Below, in pieces: positions 10,031 through 19,173 of a DNA stretch of 45,509 nt (position 1 is the first letter of the stretch; each line of letters opens with the position of its first letter). Position numbers and translations under genes: made by a program. The notes beneath the pieces were generated by a model that saw only the letters and a list, made by a program, of their open reading frames with translations, was not told where the DNA came from and ran no database searches. The DNA is from Candidatus Nomurabacteria bacterium RIFCSPLOWO2_01_FULL_39_18 (GTDB lineage: Bacteria; Patescibacteriota; Minisyncoccia; Phycocordibacterales; UBA9973): NCBI GenBank assembly GCA_001787005.1, contig MFUV01000010.1:158235-203743 (forward strand), given 5' to 3'.

Positions 10031-10642
10031 ATGATTAGAAAAATTTTACAAGCCAATCAAAAACCTGCCCGCAATGCTACGCATAGCGTTGCAGGCGGGG
10101 AAGAAAAGGTTCTTCGTGAAATTGCCAAGGATGTCGATCTCAAAGATATTAAAACAATAAAAACAAAAAGGGTGCTGAAAGAAATGCGGGAGGCGCTGGC
10201 TAGTCAGAGTGATGGAGTGGCGATAGCGGCGCCGCAAATCGGGTATTCGCTCCGAATTTTTGTCGTATCTGGAAAAATTTTTGAAAAAGACTTCTTGAAC
10301 AATAGGAAGGAAAGAATGTCTGGGGAGAAAAAAAAGAATGATGCAGTAGAAGTTAAATCGAAAATAAAAAATCTAATCTTCATTAACCCGAAAATTTCCA
10401 AACTCTCCCGTGAAAGGACATGGGTGCCAGAGGGTTGCCTCTCTGTTCGCCCGCTTTATGGCAAAACTTTTAGATCAACAAAAGCGACTGTCGAAGCTTA
10501 TGATGAAACTGGTAAAAAATTCACAAGGGGCGCATCGGGATTGCTTGCGCAGATTTTCCAACATGAAACAGATCATCTAAACGGCATTCTCTTTATCGAC
10601 CACGCAAAAGATATAAAAGCAGAGCAACCACAACATGCCTAA
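10031..10642 (+). CDS. def: Peptide deformylase with N-terminal palindrome-derived insertion
   Basis: GVAIAAPQIG, EGCLS, QHETDHLNG motifs. Confidence 0.96.
   Translation: MIRKILQANQKPARNATHSVAGGEEKVLREIAKDVDLKDIKTIKTKRVLKEMREALASQSDGVAIAAPQIGYSLRIFVVSGKIFEKDFLNNRKERMSGEKKKNDAVEVKSKIKNLIFINPKISKLSRERTWVPEGCLSVRPLYGKTFRSTKATVEAYDETGKKFTRGASGLLAQIFQHETDHLNGILFIDHAKDIKAEQPQHA
10064..10099 (+). repeat. 36-nt in-frame hairpin element within def (PARNATHSVAGG)
   Basis: CCTGCCCGCAATGCTA-CGCA-TAGCGTTGCAGGCGGG: 16-nt arms with 2 G.T wobbles and 1 mismatch, exactly 12 codons. Confidence 0.8.
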
Positions 10643-11468
10643 AATTAATTTTGCATTCTTTGGTGGAGAACCGCTTTCCGTACCCACACTTCGAAAGTTA
10701 CATGAAAATGGTTTCGTCCCTGCGCTCGTTATCAGCAACCCGGATAAACCACGAGGAAGAAATTTAGAAATAACTCCGCCACCCACCGCATTATGGGCTA
10801 AACAACAGAATATCCAGCTTATTCAGCCAGAGAAATTAAGTAAAGGAGAAATTCAGGGGGATTTTGACTTTTTTGTGGTGGTATCTTATGGAAAAATAAT
10901 TCCTAAAGAAATTTTGGATCTTCCAAAGTATGGGGCTATCAATATTCACCCCTCGCTTCTGCCGCGCTACCGCGGACCCTCCCCTATCGTGTCAACTATT
11001 TTAAATGGAGACAAGGAGACAGGCGTCACTGTCATAAAAATTGATGAAGAAATGGACCACGGACCAATCCTCGCGCAAGAGAAAATCCCCCTTTCAGGAA
11101 ATGAATCGCTTCAAGATCTAGAAAAATCTTTGGCGAAATTAGGTGGAGAACTTTTAGTGAAAATTATTCCAGAATTTATCGCTGGTAAAATAAAGCCGAA
11201 AGAACAAGACCACAGCGCAGCCATTTGTGTAAAAAAAATTACAAAAGCCGATGGAGAAATTGATCCCAGAGGCGACCCTGTAAAAAACTGGCGTAAATTC
11301 CGCGCTTATGCCCCCTGGCCTCGTACTTTCTTTTTCAAGAATGGCAAGAGAATTATCGTTACTGACGCAGTTTTCGAAAACAACCAGTTCATCATCAAAA
11401 AAGTTTTGCCTGAAGGTAAAAAAGAGATAACTTGGGAGGAATTTCAAAAAATCAGTATTTCGAAGTGA
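10635..11468 (+). CDS. fmt: Methionyl-tRNA formyltransferase
   Basis: PDKPRGR, INIHPSLLPRYRGPSP, MDHGPIL; follows def. Confidence 0.96.
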   Translation: MPKINFAFFGGEPLSVPTLRKLHENGFVPALVISNPDKPRGRNLEITPPPTALWAKQQNIQLIQPEKLSKGEIQGDFDFFVVVSYGKIIPKEILDLPKYGAINIHPSLLPRYRGPSPIVSTILNGDKETGVTVIKIDEEMDHGPILAQEKIPLSGNESLQDLEKSLAKLGGELLVKIIPEFIAGKIKPKEQDHSAAICVKKITKADGEIDPRGDPVKNWRKFRAYAPWPRTFFFKNGKRIIVTDAVFENNQFIIKKVLPEGKKEITWEEFQKISISK

Positions 11469-11850
11469 ACGGGTTACGCTTGGAGAGACCCTTCAGCATT
11501 TTTTTCACACTAGCCGCTCCACGCTTGAAGAGTGTTTGCCTGCGATCTTTATTTTTAGTGATTTCTCTGAAGAGATTTTCCTTTACTTTATCTATTGCCT
11601 GATATAGGTCTTCTTCGTCAGCGCTCCCGTAAAATTTCTCGCCCTTTAAATTAATCAAGCAATCAGCATGAAAAACACTCCCTGATTTGTGGTGATTCGT
11701 GGCCTTAGAAACTTCAAAAGAAACCGCCACTTCTCCTCCCGCTTCTTCAGCCTTCTCAAGGAGCCTGCCCAGGGTAGTTTCTTTGTTTAAAACATAACCC
11801 TTAATAGCTTCCGTTAACTCCATATTTTTGCCCTGTAAATTTATCTGCAT
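11452..11850 (-). CDS. hpf: Ribosome hibernation factor (HPF/RaiA family)
   Basis: INLQGKNMELTEAIK...EDLYQAID pattern. Confidence 0.88.
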   Translation of the reverse strand: MQINLQGKNMELTEAIKGYVLNKETTLGRLLEKAEEAGGEVAVSFEVSKATNHHKSGSVFHADCLINLKGEKFYGSADEEDLYQAIDKVKENLFREITKNKDRRQTLFKRGAASVKKMLKGLSKRNPFTSKY

Positions 11851-11871
11851 ACTTAGATTATACTATAATTT

Positions 11872-12474
11872 TTAATTTTTTACATCCGTAAATCTTTTTT
11901 TCAGCCACGACTGAGCCGCCAAGATAATGGCCATTATGAGCAAGATAAATCCTATTGCTACGTAAATATTATTGAAAATATCCGCCAAGTATGTAAACCC
12001 AAGACCCGAAAGATATCCGATCGAAATAAGAATAAGGAGAGACAGGGCAATGGCCGGTGTTTCATAAAAAATAAACTGCCAAAATGAAAGGTCTGTTTTC
12101 TGTACATATGTAGTTAATACAACTGGGGTTCCAACAATAAATTTGGCAAAAATAAGGCCTATAAAATGGTTCCCCCGGCTCGCCCGAGTTACCGCCTCTC
12201 CAATAATCGATATAGTGCTGGCGTAACGATGTTTAATTATTCTTTCTACTGTAGCTGTTTTGCCAAGCAAAAACCACAAAATATTTGGAGGAAAAGACCC
12301 AAGAAAACTTAATACGACAACAGAAAAGGCGGGCAAGACCCCCTGTGCCACCAGAAAGCCGAGAGCAAACAGGGCAAATTCTCCCCCGAATATTACCCCT
12401 CCCAAGATGATAATATATTCAAGGGATCGATGGTTTATTATAAACACCCGCAACCATTCTATCCATTCAATCAT
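11872..12474 (-). CDS. DedA/VTT-like membrane protein
   Basis: Multiple TM segments, GGE and WFLLGK, AKFIVG (cf. DedA RFxPG). Confidence 0.7.
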   Translation of the reverse strand: MIEWIEWLRVFIINHRSLEYIIILGGVIFGGEFALFALGFLVAQGVLPAFSVVVLSFLGSFPPNILWFLLGKTATVERIIKHRYASTISIIGEAVTRASRGNHFIGLIFAKFIVGTPVVLTTYVQKTDLSFWQFIFYETPAIALSLLILISIGYLSGLGFTYLADIFNNIYVAIGFILLIMAIILAAQSWLKKRFTDVKN

Positions 12475-12524
12475 TGATATATTCTATCATTTTATTATTT
12501 ACAAATATATAGTATAATCTCCCT

Positions 12525-13019
12525 ATGGCTCCATCTATTAAAAAGAGAGGGGTATCAAGAAATCACAAGGTGGTAATGGTTTCCGGCGGTTTCGATCCTA
12601 TACACCCAGGACACACTCGACTTTTCAAAGAAGCTAAAAAACTGGGAGATAAATTGGTAGTGGTTATTAACAATGATCATTGGATTCGCAAAAAAAAGGG
12701 TCATGGCTTTATGGGCGCGGAGGACCGCGCCGAAGTTATAGCTTCTTTCCGCCATGTCGATGAAGTGATAATTTCAAGCCACAAGAGAAATCCGAAAGAT
12801 ATGAGCATTTGTAGAGAATTATTAAAATTTCGTCCACATATATTTGCAAATGGAGGTGACAGAAATGTGAAAGATGCCAAAGATCCTAAATCTTCCCTAA
12901 ATCCAGAAATTGAATTATGTAAAAAATTGGGGATTAGACGAGTTTTTAATGTCGGGAAGGGCGGTAAAATTAGAAGCTCGTCGGAGTTATTAAAAGAATA
13001 CGTAAAGAAGAATAAATAG
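12525..13019 (+). CDS. HIGH-family cytidylyl/adenylyltransferase (TagD/RibL-like)
   Basis: SGGFDPIHPGH, ANGGDR, SSSELL. Confidence 0.88.
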   Translation: MAPSIKKRGVSRNHKVVMVSGGFDPIHPGHTRLFKEAKKLGDKLVVVINNDHWIRKKKGHGFMGAEDRAEVIASFRHVDEVIISSHKRNPKDMSICRELLKFRPHIFANGGDRNVKDAKDPKSSLNPEIELCKKLGIRRVFNVGKGGKIRSSSELLKEYVKKNK

Positions 13020-13022
13020 ACA

Positions 13023-13778
13023 ATGAAACCCTTAAATCAATTATCTAAAAAAGATCTAAGCAAAATAAAAATGATTGTTTTCGACGTTGATGGAGTAATT
13101 GTTCCAAGAGGTACTAAAATAAAACAGGCGGGGAATATCACTACTCTTGAAACAAAAATAATCGCGTCAAAACAAATAGAGCAGATAAAAAAATTATATA
13201 AAAAAGGATTTTTGATAAATATCAGTTCTGGTAGAGGACTTTATATGCTCCAAGAAATGTTTAGATCAATATTACCTTTCGTCAGTCTGACATATGAATG
13301 CGGTAGCGCTACTTGGTATAAAGGAAAAATCTACCAGCATGTGAACAGTTTTAAGCATTTGCAAGATATGTTCTTTAAACTTAAAAAGACTGCGATTAAA
13401 AATAAGAATGTAAAAGGATTCGAACCTAAAGAATTTATCATCACCATGCACTGCACTAAAAAATTAAAGGGGGTTGAAAAAATCGTAAAGACTCAAAGAA
13501 ATCTTACCACTCATTGGAACGGTGAAGCATACGACATTTTGATAAAAAAAGATCAAACCAAGGCTGTCGGTCTTCGTAAGGTCATGAAAATTTTTAAGTT
13601 AAAGAAAGAAAATGTTATGGCCATAGGGGACAATTATAATGATCATGAACTTTTGCAAGCGAGTGGAACGCCGATTTCAGCCGATAAAAGTAGAATAAAA
13701 GGGAAATTCTATGTTTCCTTGGAGGGAAAGTTCCTTCCAGCGGATATTTTAATGCAGAAAATCTTGTCATTAAAATGA
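13023..13778 (+). CDS. HAD-superfamily IIB phosphatase/phosphomutase
   Basis: FDVDGV, SSGR, TK, GDNYND motifs I-IV. Confidence 0.88.
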   Translation: MKPLNQLSKKDLSKIKMIVFDVDGVIVPRGTKIKQAGNITTLETKIIASKQIEQIKKLYKKGFLINISSGRGLYMLQEMFRSILPFVSLTYECGSATWYKGKIYQHVNSFKHLQDMFFKLKKTAIKNKNVKGFEPKEFIITMHCTKKLKGVEKIVKTQRNLTTHWNGEAYDILIKKDQTKAVGLRKVMKIFKLKKENVMAIGDNYNDHELLQASGTPISADKSRIKGKFYVSLEGKFLPADILMQKILSLK

Positions 13779-13797
13779 AGAAGAGTATAATTAAACA

Positions 13798-14151
13798 ATG
13801 GAATTCAAACCCTTCACAATAGAACGTCCATGGGGACAGTTTCGACAGCTAACTTACAACAGTCCTTCAACAGTAAAAGTTCATCGAGTAAAACCAGGAG
13901 AAGAAACAAGTTGGCAAAGTCATACTAAACGCGAAGAATTCTGGCATATTGTGGAGGGTGATGGAAAAGTTCTTATTGAAGATAAAGAATACGACGTTGC
14001 TCCGGGCGCTGAGTATTGTGCTCCAGTCGGCGCTAAACACAGGTGGATTGCGGGATTATCTGGTATGATATTAGTTGAAGTAGCTACTGGAGATTTTGAC
14101 GAAGAAGACATCATTCGCTATGAAGACAAATATGGTCGCGCCAAAAAATAA
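13798..14151 (+). CDS. Cupin, type II mannose-6-phosphate isomerase domain
   Basis: ERPWG, SWQSH..REEFW, HR, EEDIIRYEDKYGR. Confidence 0.85.
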   Translation: MEFKPFTIERPWGQFRQLTYNSPSTVKVHRVKPGEETSWQSHTKREEFWHIVEGDGKVLIEDKEYDVAPGAEYCAPVGAKHRWIAGLSGMILVEVATGDFDEEDIIRYEDKYGRAKK

Positions 14152-15295
14152 AAAACCAAAGACCAAAAAAGTATCCGCAAAAAGCGGGCCCATTGGAAGT
14201 AAGAAAAAAACTACTGTTCGTGGCGCTCTGAAGAAGACCACCACAAGGAAAACAACAGTAAAGGGGAAAATAACAAGAAAAGTCGGATCCGAATTAAAGA
14301 GATCTCCGCGCAATCCAATCATTGAACCTCGACCATATGCCTGGGAGTCTAAAGCCACATTTAATCCGACAGCGATCTACTCTAGTGGCAAAGTACACAT
14401 TTTATACAGAGCAATAGGAGACAGCGACAATTCTGTCTTGGGTTATGCCAACAGCATTGACGGCTTTACCATCAATGAGACTTATCCCCGACCTGCTTAC
14501 TTCCCCTATATCGGCCTTAAGTATGACACAACACTGCCATCGATTGATTATAGTTCTGGAGGCGGATGGGGAGGCGGAAGCGAAGATCCAAGAATGACAC
14601 TCATTGACAATAGGGTCTATGTGCTCTATACCGCGTTTGATGGATGGGGTTCAGTCCGCATCGCGCTCATCTCGATCAGTTTGGAAGATTTTCTGGCAAA
14701 GCGTTTCAACAATTGGAAAGGTCCGGTTCTAATTTCTCCGCCAGGTCAAGTGCATAAAAACTGGGTTCTTTTTCCAGAAAAAATAAATGGTAAGTTCGCG
14801 ATATTACACAGTATTTCGCCGAACATCATGATCGATTATTTTGATTCTCTTGATGAACTTGATGGCAGAAAGTTCATACACAGCGTCCATAATAAGGAAG
14901 CTTCATGGACAGCCTCCGGTAAATTTGTGCGAGGAGCTGGACCTGCTCCCATTAAAACAAAGTATGGCTGGCTCGTCCTGTATCATGCCATTGAGAAAAA
15001 TGATTCCGGTAGATACAAATTATATGCAATGATTTTAGATTCCAAGAATCCTAGCAAAGTTTTATGCGATTCAATTCAGCCGATTTTGGAACCTGATTTA
15101 TGGTATGAGAATGAAGGTTACAAAGGTGGTGTGATATATGCTTGTGGAGCGATAGTCAAAGATGGAGAATTGTTCGTGTACTACGGGGGCGCAGACAAGG
15201 TTTCTTGCGTAGCAACTGTAAACCTTGATAAATTTTTAGAGGAGTTGATAAGTCACCGAGTGGTGAAGTTAAAGAGCAGAAAGATTGAACCTTAA
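14120..15295 (+). CDS. GH130-like glycoside phosphorylase/hydrolase with Lys-rich N-terminal tail
   Basis: NPII.P, TFNP, LYRA, EDPR, KNWVLF, YYGGAD; start at 14120 or 14132. Confidence 0.85.
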   Translation: MKTNMVAPKNKKPKTKKVSAKSGPIGSKKKTTVRGALKKTTTRKTTVKGKITRKVGSELKRSPRNPIIEPRPYAWESKATFNPTAIYSSGKVHILYRAIGDSDNSVLGYANSIDGFTINETYPRPAYFPYIGLKYDTTLPSIDYSSGGGWGGGSEDPRMTLIDNRVYVLYTAFDGWGSVRIALISISLEDFLAKRFNNWKGPVLISPPGQVHKNWVLFPEKINGKFAILHSISPNIMIDYFDSLDELDGRKFIHSVHNKEASWTASGKFVRGAGPAPIKTKYGWLVLYHAIEKNDSGRYKLYAMILDSKNPSKVLCDSIQPILEPDLWYENEGYKGGVIYACGAIVKDGELFVYYGGADKVSCVATVNLDKFLEELISHRVVKLKSRKIEP

Positions 15296-15302
15296 TTATT
15301 TT

Positions 15303-17234
15303 ATGTTCGTTGTAAAAAGATCTCACCACAATCCGATATTAACTCCCGACAAAGGTCATTACTGGGAAGCCTCAGCTGCTTTCAATATGAGCGTCATAAA
15401 AGTCGGTAAGATATTTTATGGCGTATACAGAGCAATTTCAGCTACAGATTCGTTGCGCAATCCTTCGCAGATTTCAGTCATCGGCATCGGCGAGAGCAAA
15501 GACGGATCACATTTTGAAAAACGCAGGCAGTTCATCGCGCCCGTTATGGAGTGGGAAAAGTTTGGTTGTGAAGATCCGCGAATAACATACTTTGAAGGAC
15601 GTTATTACACTTTCTACACCGCTCTCGGGGGTTATCCTTTTTCTGCCGATAATATCAAGGTCGCTGTGGCAGTATCGAAAGATTTAAAGGAAGTAAGTGA
15701 ACGGCACCTAGTCACTACCTTCAACGCTAAGGCGGCAACCCTTTTCAGTGAACGCATCGGGGGCAAAGCTACTTTAATTTTGACAGCTCATACTGACGGA
15801 CCTGGAACGCAAATTGCGATCGCGCAAGCCGATAGGGTGGAGGATTTCTGGAATCCAAAATTCTGGGAGAAATGGCATGCCAATATAGATAAGTATGTCA
15901 TCAATCCACGTCGCACTTCGTATGACCACATCGAAGTCGGCGCCTCTCCGATCAAGACAAAAAGTGGTTGGCTTTTAATATATTCACACATTCAGAACTA
16001 CTTCCCCCACCCTGATAACAATGAACGTGTTTTCGGCATTGAAGCACTCCTCTTAGATATAGCTGATCCTAAAAAAGTAATCGGGCATACGAAAGGGCCA
16101 ATCGTCGCGCCCAATGAGGCCTATGAACTTTTTGGACACGTCAACAACATAGTCTTCCCGAGCGGAGCGACACTCCATGGCGACAAGCTTACCATCTACT
16201 ACGGCGCCGCCGACACAACCACCTGCAAAGCACACGTTAGTCTCACCGACCTTCTGGGAACAATTCATCCAAAGACTATGTTACGGTGGCAGTGCCGACG
16301 AGCAAAAACTAATCCGATTATTTCACCCATCAGAGAACATCCTTGGGAAGCTAAAGCGACATTCAATCCGGCCTCAATCAGGCTCGACAAGGATATACAC
16401 ATCCTCTATCGCGCGCTCTCGGAGGACAATACTTCCACTATTGGTTATGCTAAAACTAGCGATGGAATAACGATTTCTGAGAGACTGCCCGACCCCATAT
16501 ACATACCGCGTGAAGATTTCGAAACAAAAAAAATTGCTGGAGGCAATTCCGGTTGCGAAGATCCTCGCCTGACAAAAATAGGAAAAAATATTTATATGTT
16601 CTACACCGCGTTTGACGGCATTGGTCCGCCCCGCGTCGCTGTCACTTCGATCAGTGAGAAAGATTTCGTCGCTCACAATTGGAACTGGGAGAAACCTTTG
16701 ATAATAACTCCCGGCGGTTTTGACGACAAAGATACTTGCATCTTTCCTGAGAAATTTAAAGGGGGCTATTTTATTTTACACAGGGTCAGTAATCAAGTTT
16801 GTGGAGACTATTTGCATTCTCTTAATTTCAAAGTTGATACTGTTAAAAAATGCATCCGCGTTTTCGGTCCGCAGGTCAGCTCATGGGATAGCGCTAAAGT
16901 CGGCATTGCCGCTCCGCCAATTAAAACTAAAAATGGCTGGGTTCTCCTCTACCATGGAATTTCCAAGAATCACAACACTTACCGCATCGGCGCCGTACTG
17001 CTTGATAAAAAAGATCCGACCCTCGTCCTCGCGCGCACGGATGACCCGATGTTCGAACCGACAGAACCCTACGAGAAAGTTGGCATAGTGAATAATGTGG
17101 TTTTCCCTTGCGGCGTGATAGAGCGCAAGGGGCTCTTGTACTTATACTACGGCGGAGCTGACAAAGTCGTCGGAGTCGCCACGATCGAGCTAAATCTGCT
17201 TGTGAAAATGCTTCTTCGTGGAACAAAGTTCTAG
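15303..17234 (+). CDS. Tandem two-domain GH130-like glycosidase/phosphorylase
   Basis: Two sets of FN/YRA/GCEDPR/VFP.G/YYGAAD motifs. Confidence 0.88.
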   Translation: MFVVKRSHHNPILTPDKGHYWEASAAFNMSVIKVGKIFYGVYRAISATDSLRNPSQISVIGIGESKDGSHFEKRRQFIAPVMEWEKFGCEDPRITYFEGRYYTFYTALGGYPFSADNIKVAVAVSKDLKEVSERHLVTTFNAKAATLFSERIGGKATLILTAHTDGPGTQIAIAQADRVEDFWNPKFWEKWHANIDKYVINPRRTSYDHIEVGASPIKTKSGWLLIYSHIQNYFPHPDNNERVFGIEALLLDIADPKKVIGHTKGPIVAPNEAYELFGHVNNIVFPSGATLHGDKLTIYYGAADTTTCKAHVSLTDLLGTIHPKTMLRWQCRRAKTNPIISPIREHPWEAKATFNPASIRLDKDIHILYRALSEDNTSTIGYAKTSDGITISERLPDPIYIPREDFETKKIAGGNSGCEDPRLTKIGKNIYMFYTAFDGIGPPRVAVTSISEKDFVAHNWNWEKPLIITPGGFDDKDTCIFPEKFKGGYFILHRVSNQVCGDYLHSLNFKVDTVKKCIRVFGPQVSSWDSAKVGIAAPPIKTKNGWVLLYHGISKNHNTYRIGAVLLDKKDPTLVLARTDDPMFEPTEPYEKVGIVNNVVFPCGVIERKGLLYLYYGGADKVVGVATIELNLLVKMLLRGTKF

Positions 17235-17238
17235 TTCA

Positions 17239-17354
17239 AAAAGTTTTTGAAATGAAACTTTTGAGGGGTTTCGAGGCTGACGAGCCGAGAACTTCAGGAC
17301 TTTTTTCACCAGAAAAAAGTCCGTACCGGTAAAAGTTTCATTTCAAAAACTTTT
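17239..17354. repeat. 116-bp MITE-like or structured element with perfect 24-bp terminal inverted repeats and two internal hairpins
   Basis: AAAAGTTTTTGAAATGAAACTTTT (17239-17262) inverted at 17331-17354; internal GGACTTTTTTC-ACCA-GAAAAAAGTCC. Confidence 0.8.
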
Positions 17355-17357
17355 ACC

Positions 17358-17843
17358 CTACAGATAGCTGTCAAAATATATCGCGTGGCAAGTATATCCG
17401 CCTGGATTTTTCTCCAAATAATCTTGATGGTACTCTTCCGCCGGATAAAATTTTGTCAAAGGCTCGAGCGTGGTGACTACTGGATCTTTCCACCTTTTTG
17501 ATTTATTGACAATGTCGATAAAATTTTCCGCCTCTTTCTTCTCTTCCTCATTGCCGTAGAAAATAGCAGAACGGTAAGATGTTCCCCTATCATTGCCCTG
17601 CTGGTTCAATGTTGTTGGATTATGTATTTGGAAGAAAAAGTCCAGCAACTTTTTATAAGAAGTTTTCTCGTCGTCATATTCTATCTCCACGGCTTCCGCG
17701 TGACCCTCATGATTCTCATATGTCGGATTTTCCACATTTCCGCCCGTGTAGCCGACGGTCGTATCGACCACCCCCGACTGTTTCCTGATTAGATCTTCTA
17801 ATCCCCAGAAACACCCTCCTGCTAGTACAATTTTTTTAGTCAT
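17358..17843 (-). CDS. msrA: Peptide-methionine (S)-S-oxide reductase
   Basis: [27 protein letters not shown]. Confidence 0.97.
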   Translation of the reverse strand: MTKKIVLAGGCFWGLEDLIRKQSGVVDTTVGYTGGNVENPTYENHEGHAEAVEIEYDDEKTSYKKLLDFFFQIHNPTTLNQQGNDRGTSYRSAIFYGNEEEKKEAENFIDIVNKSKRWKDPVVTTLEPLTKFYPAEEYHQDYLEKNPGGYTCHAIYFDSYL

Positions 17844-18397
17844 AAAATATTTTTAACCTTTTCCAATAAATCAGGGAAGGTCAAATACCCTGCCTTTGCG
17901 TTAAAATGTCCAGCATTAGGAATAAAGGTAAGAGAAACACCTAAATACTCTGCTAATTTTTCTCCGTTAGCAAGACCCACGTAAGGATCATTATCTGAGT
18001 GAAAGACAGTAAAATGATCTGATTTTTTTCTTATAATCTCGAAATCAAAATCAAATCCGCCAAATGCATAGTCGGTTGTATAATTGACTATTGGCTTTAT
18101 GCCTACCATTCCAGCAACTAAAAATACTCCTCTTACTTTATGCCCAAGCTTCTCAAGCACTCTTAGGGAAAACATGCATCCAAGGCTGTGCCCTATAAAA
18201 ATACTGTTCTCATCTATGTATTGCCGGTAATCTTCTAGAACTTTAAACCAAGCATCAAGCGACTGTCCTTCTGGAGTCGGAAATTTAGGTACAAAAACTC
18301 TACATCCTTTTTCTTCTAATTTTTGCTTCATCTAGGGAAACCAATTTTCTTCCGGATACCCGGCAGTTCCATGAAAAATAAATATATTGGATTTCAT
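17840..18397 (-). pseudogene. RBBP9/YdeN-family alpha/beta hydrolase with in-frame TAG at codon 22
   Basis: MKSNIFIFHGTAGYPEENWFP*MKQKL...; GHSLG nucleophile, SDNDPYV, AGHF; TAG (18332-18334) stands where WFPW has Trp. Confidence 0.8.
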
Positions 18398-18436
18398 ATT
18401 CAAATAATACCATAATTTCCAATAATAAGCCATCGG

Positions 18437-18460
18437 CTTATTCGTACGAATAGGTAAATA
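18437..18460. repeat. Left 24-bp inverted repeat of the ArsR cassette
   Basis: CTTATTCGTACGAATAGGTAAATA, exact reverse complement of 18769-18792; contains the palindrome TATTCGTACGAATA. Confidence 0.9.
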
Positions 18461-18481
18461 CAAAGAAGAGAAGAAATATTC

Positions 18482-18742
18482 TTAAATAAGATCAACGATC
18501 CGTTTTGCTAATTTGGGCAAAGGATTAGTCACAAAATAAAACATAGAAAGATTCTTTTGTTCCTTGTCCGCAATCCCCGCCCCAAATAAAACAGCCAGAT
18601 GCTTTGAAGTAGATTTGAATGATAGTTTTATATGTTCCGCAATCGCAGTTACCGTAGCAAGTTTTTTATCCTTTAGATACTTTATAATTTGCAATCGTCG
18701 CCGATTTGCTAAAGCTTTTAATATTTTTTCGTAATCCTTCAT
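18482..18742 (-). CDS. ArsR/SmtB-family HTH regulator
   Basis: LKALANRRRLQII, TSKHLAVL. Confidence 0.88.
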   Translation of the reverse strand: MKDYEKILKALANRRRLQIIKYLKDKKLATVTAIAEHIKLSFKSTSKHLAVLFGAGIADKEQKNLSMFYFVTNPLPKLAKRIVDLI

Positions 18743-18768
18743 GCTTAATACTATACCACCCTAATGTC

Positions 18769-18792
18769 TATTTACCTATTCGTACGAATAAG
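18769..18792. repeat. Right 24-bp inverted repeat of the ArsR cassette (overlaps its promoter region)
   Basis: TATTTACCTATTCGTACGAATAAG. Confidence 0.9.
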
Positions 18793-18810
18793 GGAGTATA
18801 TTGTTGTTTT

Positions 18811-19167
18811 TTATTTCCCGGGGATGAATTTCATTGATATTGAATTCACGCAATGACGAATATTTTTCGGAGTCAGGTGTTCGCCCTGGAACAGATGCCC
18901 TAGATGTCCGCCACATTTGGCGCAAGTTATTTCTGTGCGCACACCATCTGCATCTAGAGTTTTCTTTATCGCGCCAGATATTTCATCATCAAAGGAAGGC
19001 CAGCCGCAAGTGGATTCAAATTTCTGCTCTGATGTATAAAGAGGGGCCTCGCATTGACGGCAGACGTACGTCCCACCCTCGGTATTCTTCTCATACTCGC
19101 CCGTGAAGGGCGGCTCTGTTCCCTTTTCTATAATTACACGCCTCTCCTCAACCGTCAGTTCATTCAT
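18811..19167 (-). CDS. msrB: Peptide-methionine (R)-S-oxide reductase
   Basis: GTEPPFTG, CxxC, GWPSF, HLGHLF, RHCVNS. Confidence 0.96.
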   Translation of the reverse strand: MNELTVEERRVIIEKGTEPPFTGEYEKNTEGGTYVCRQCEAPLYTSEQKFESTCGWPSFDDEISGAIKKTLDADGVRTEITCAKCGGHLGHLFQGEHLTPKNIRHCVNSISMKFIPGK

Positions 19168-19173
19168 AATTTA

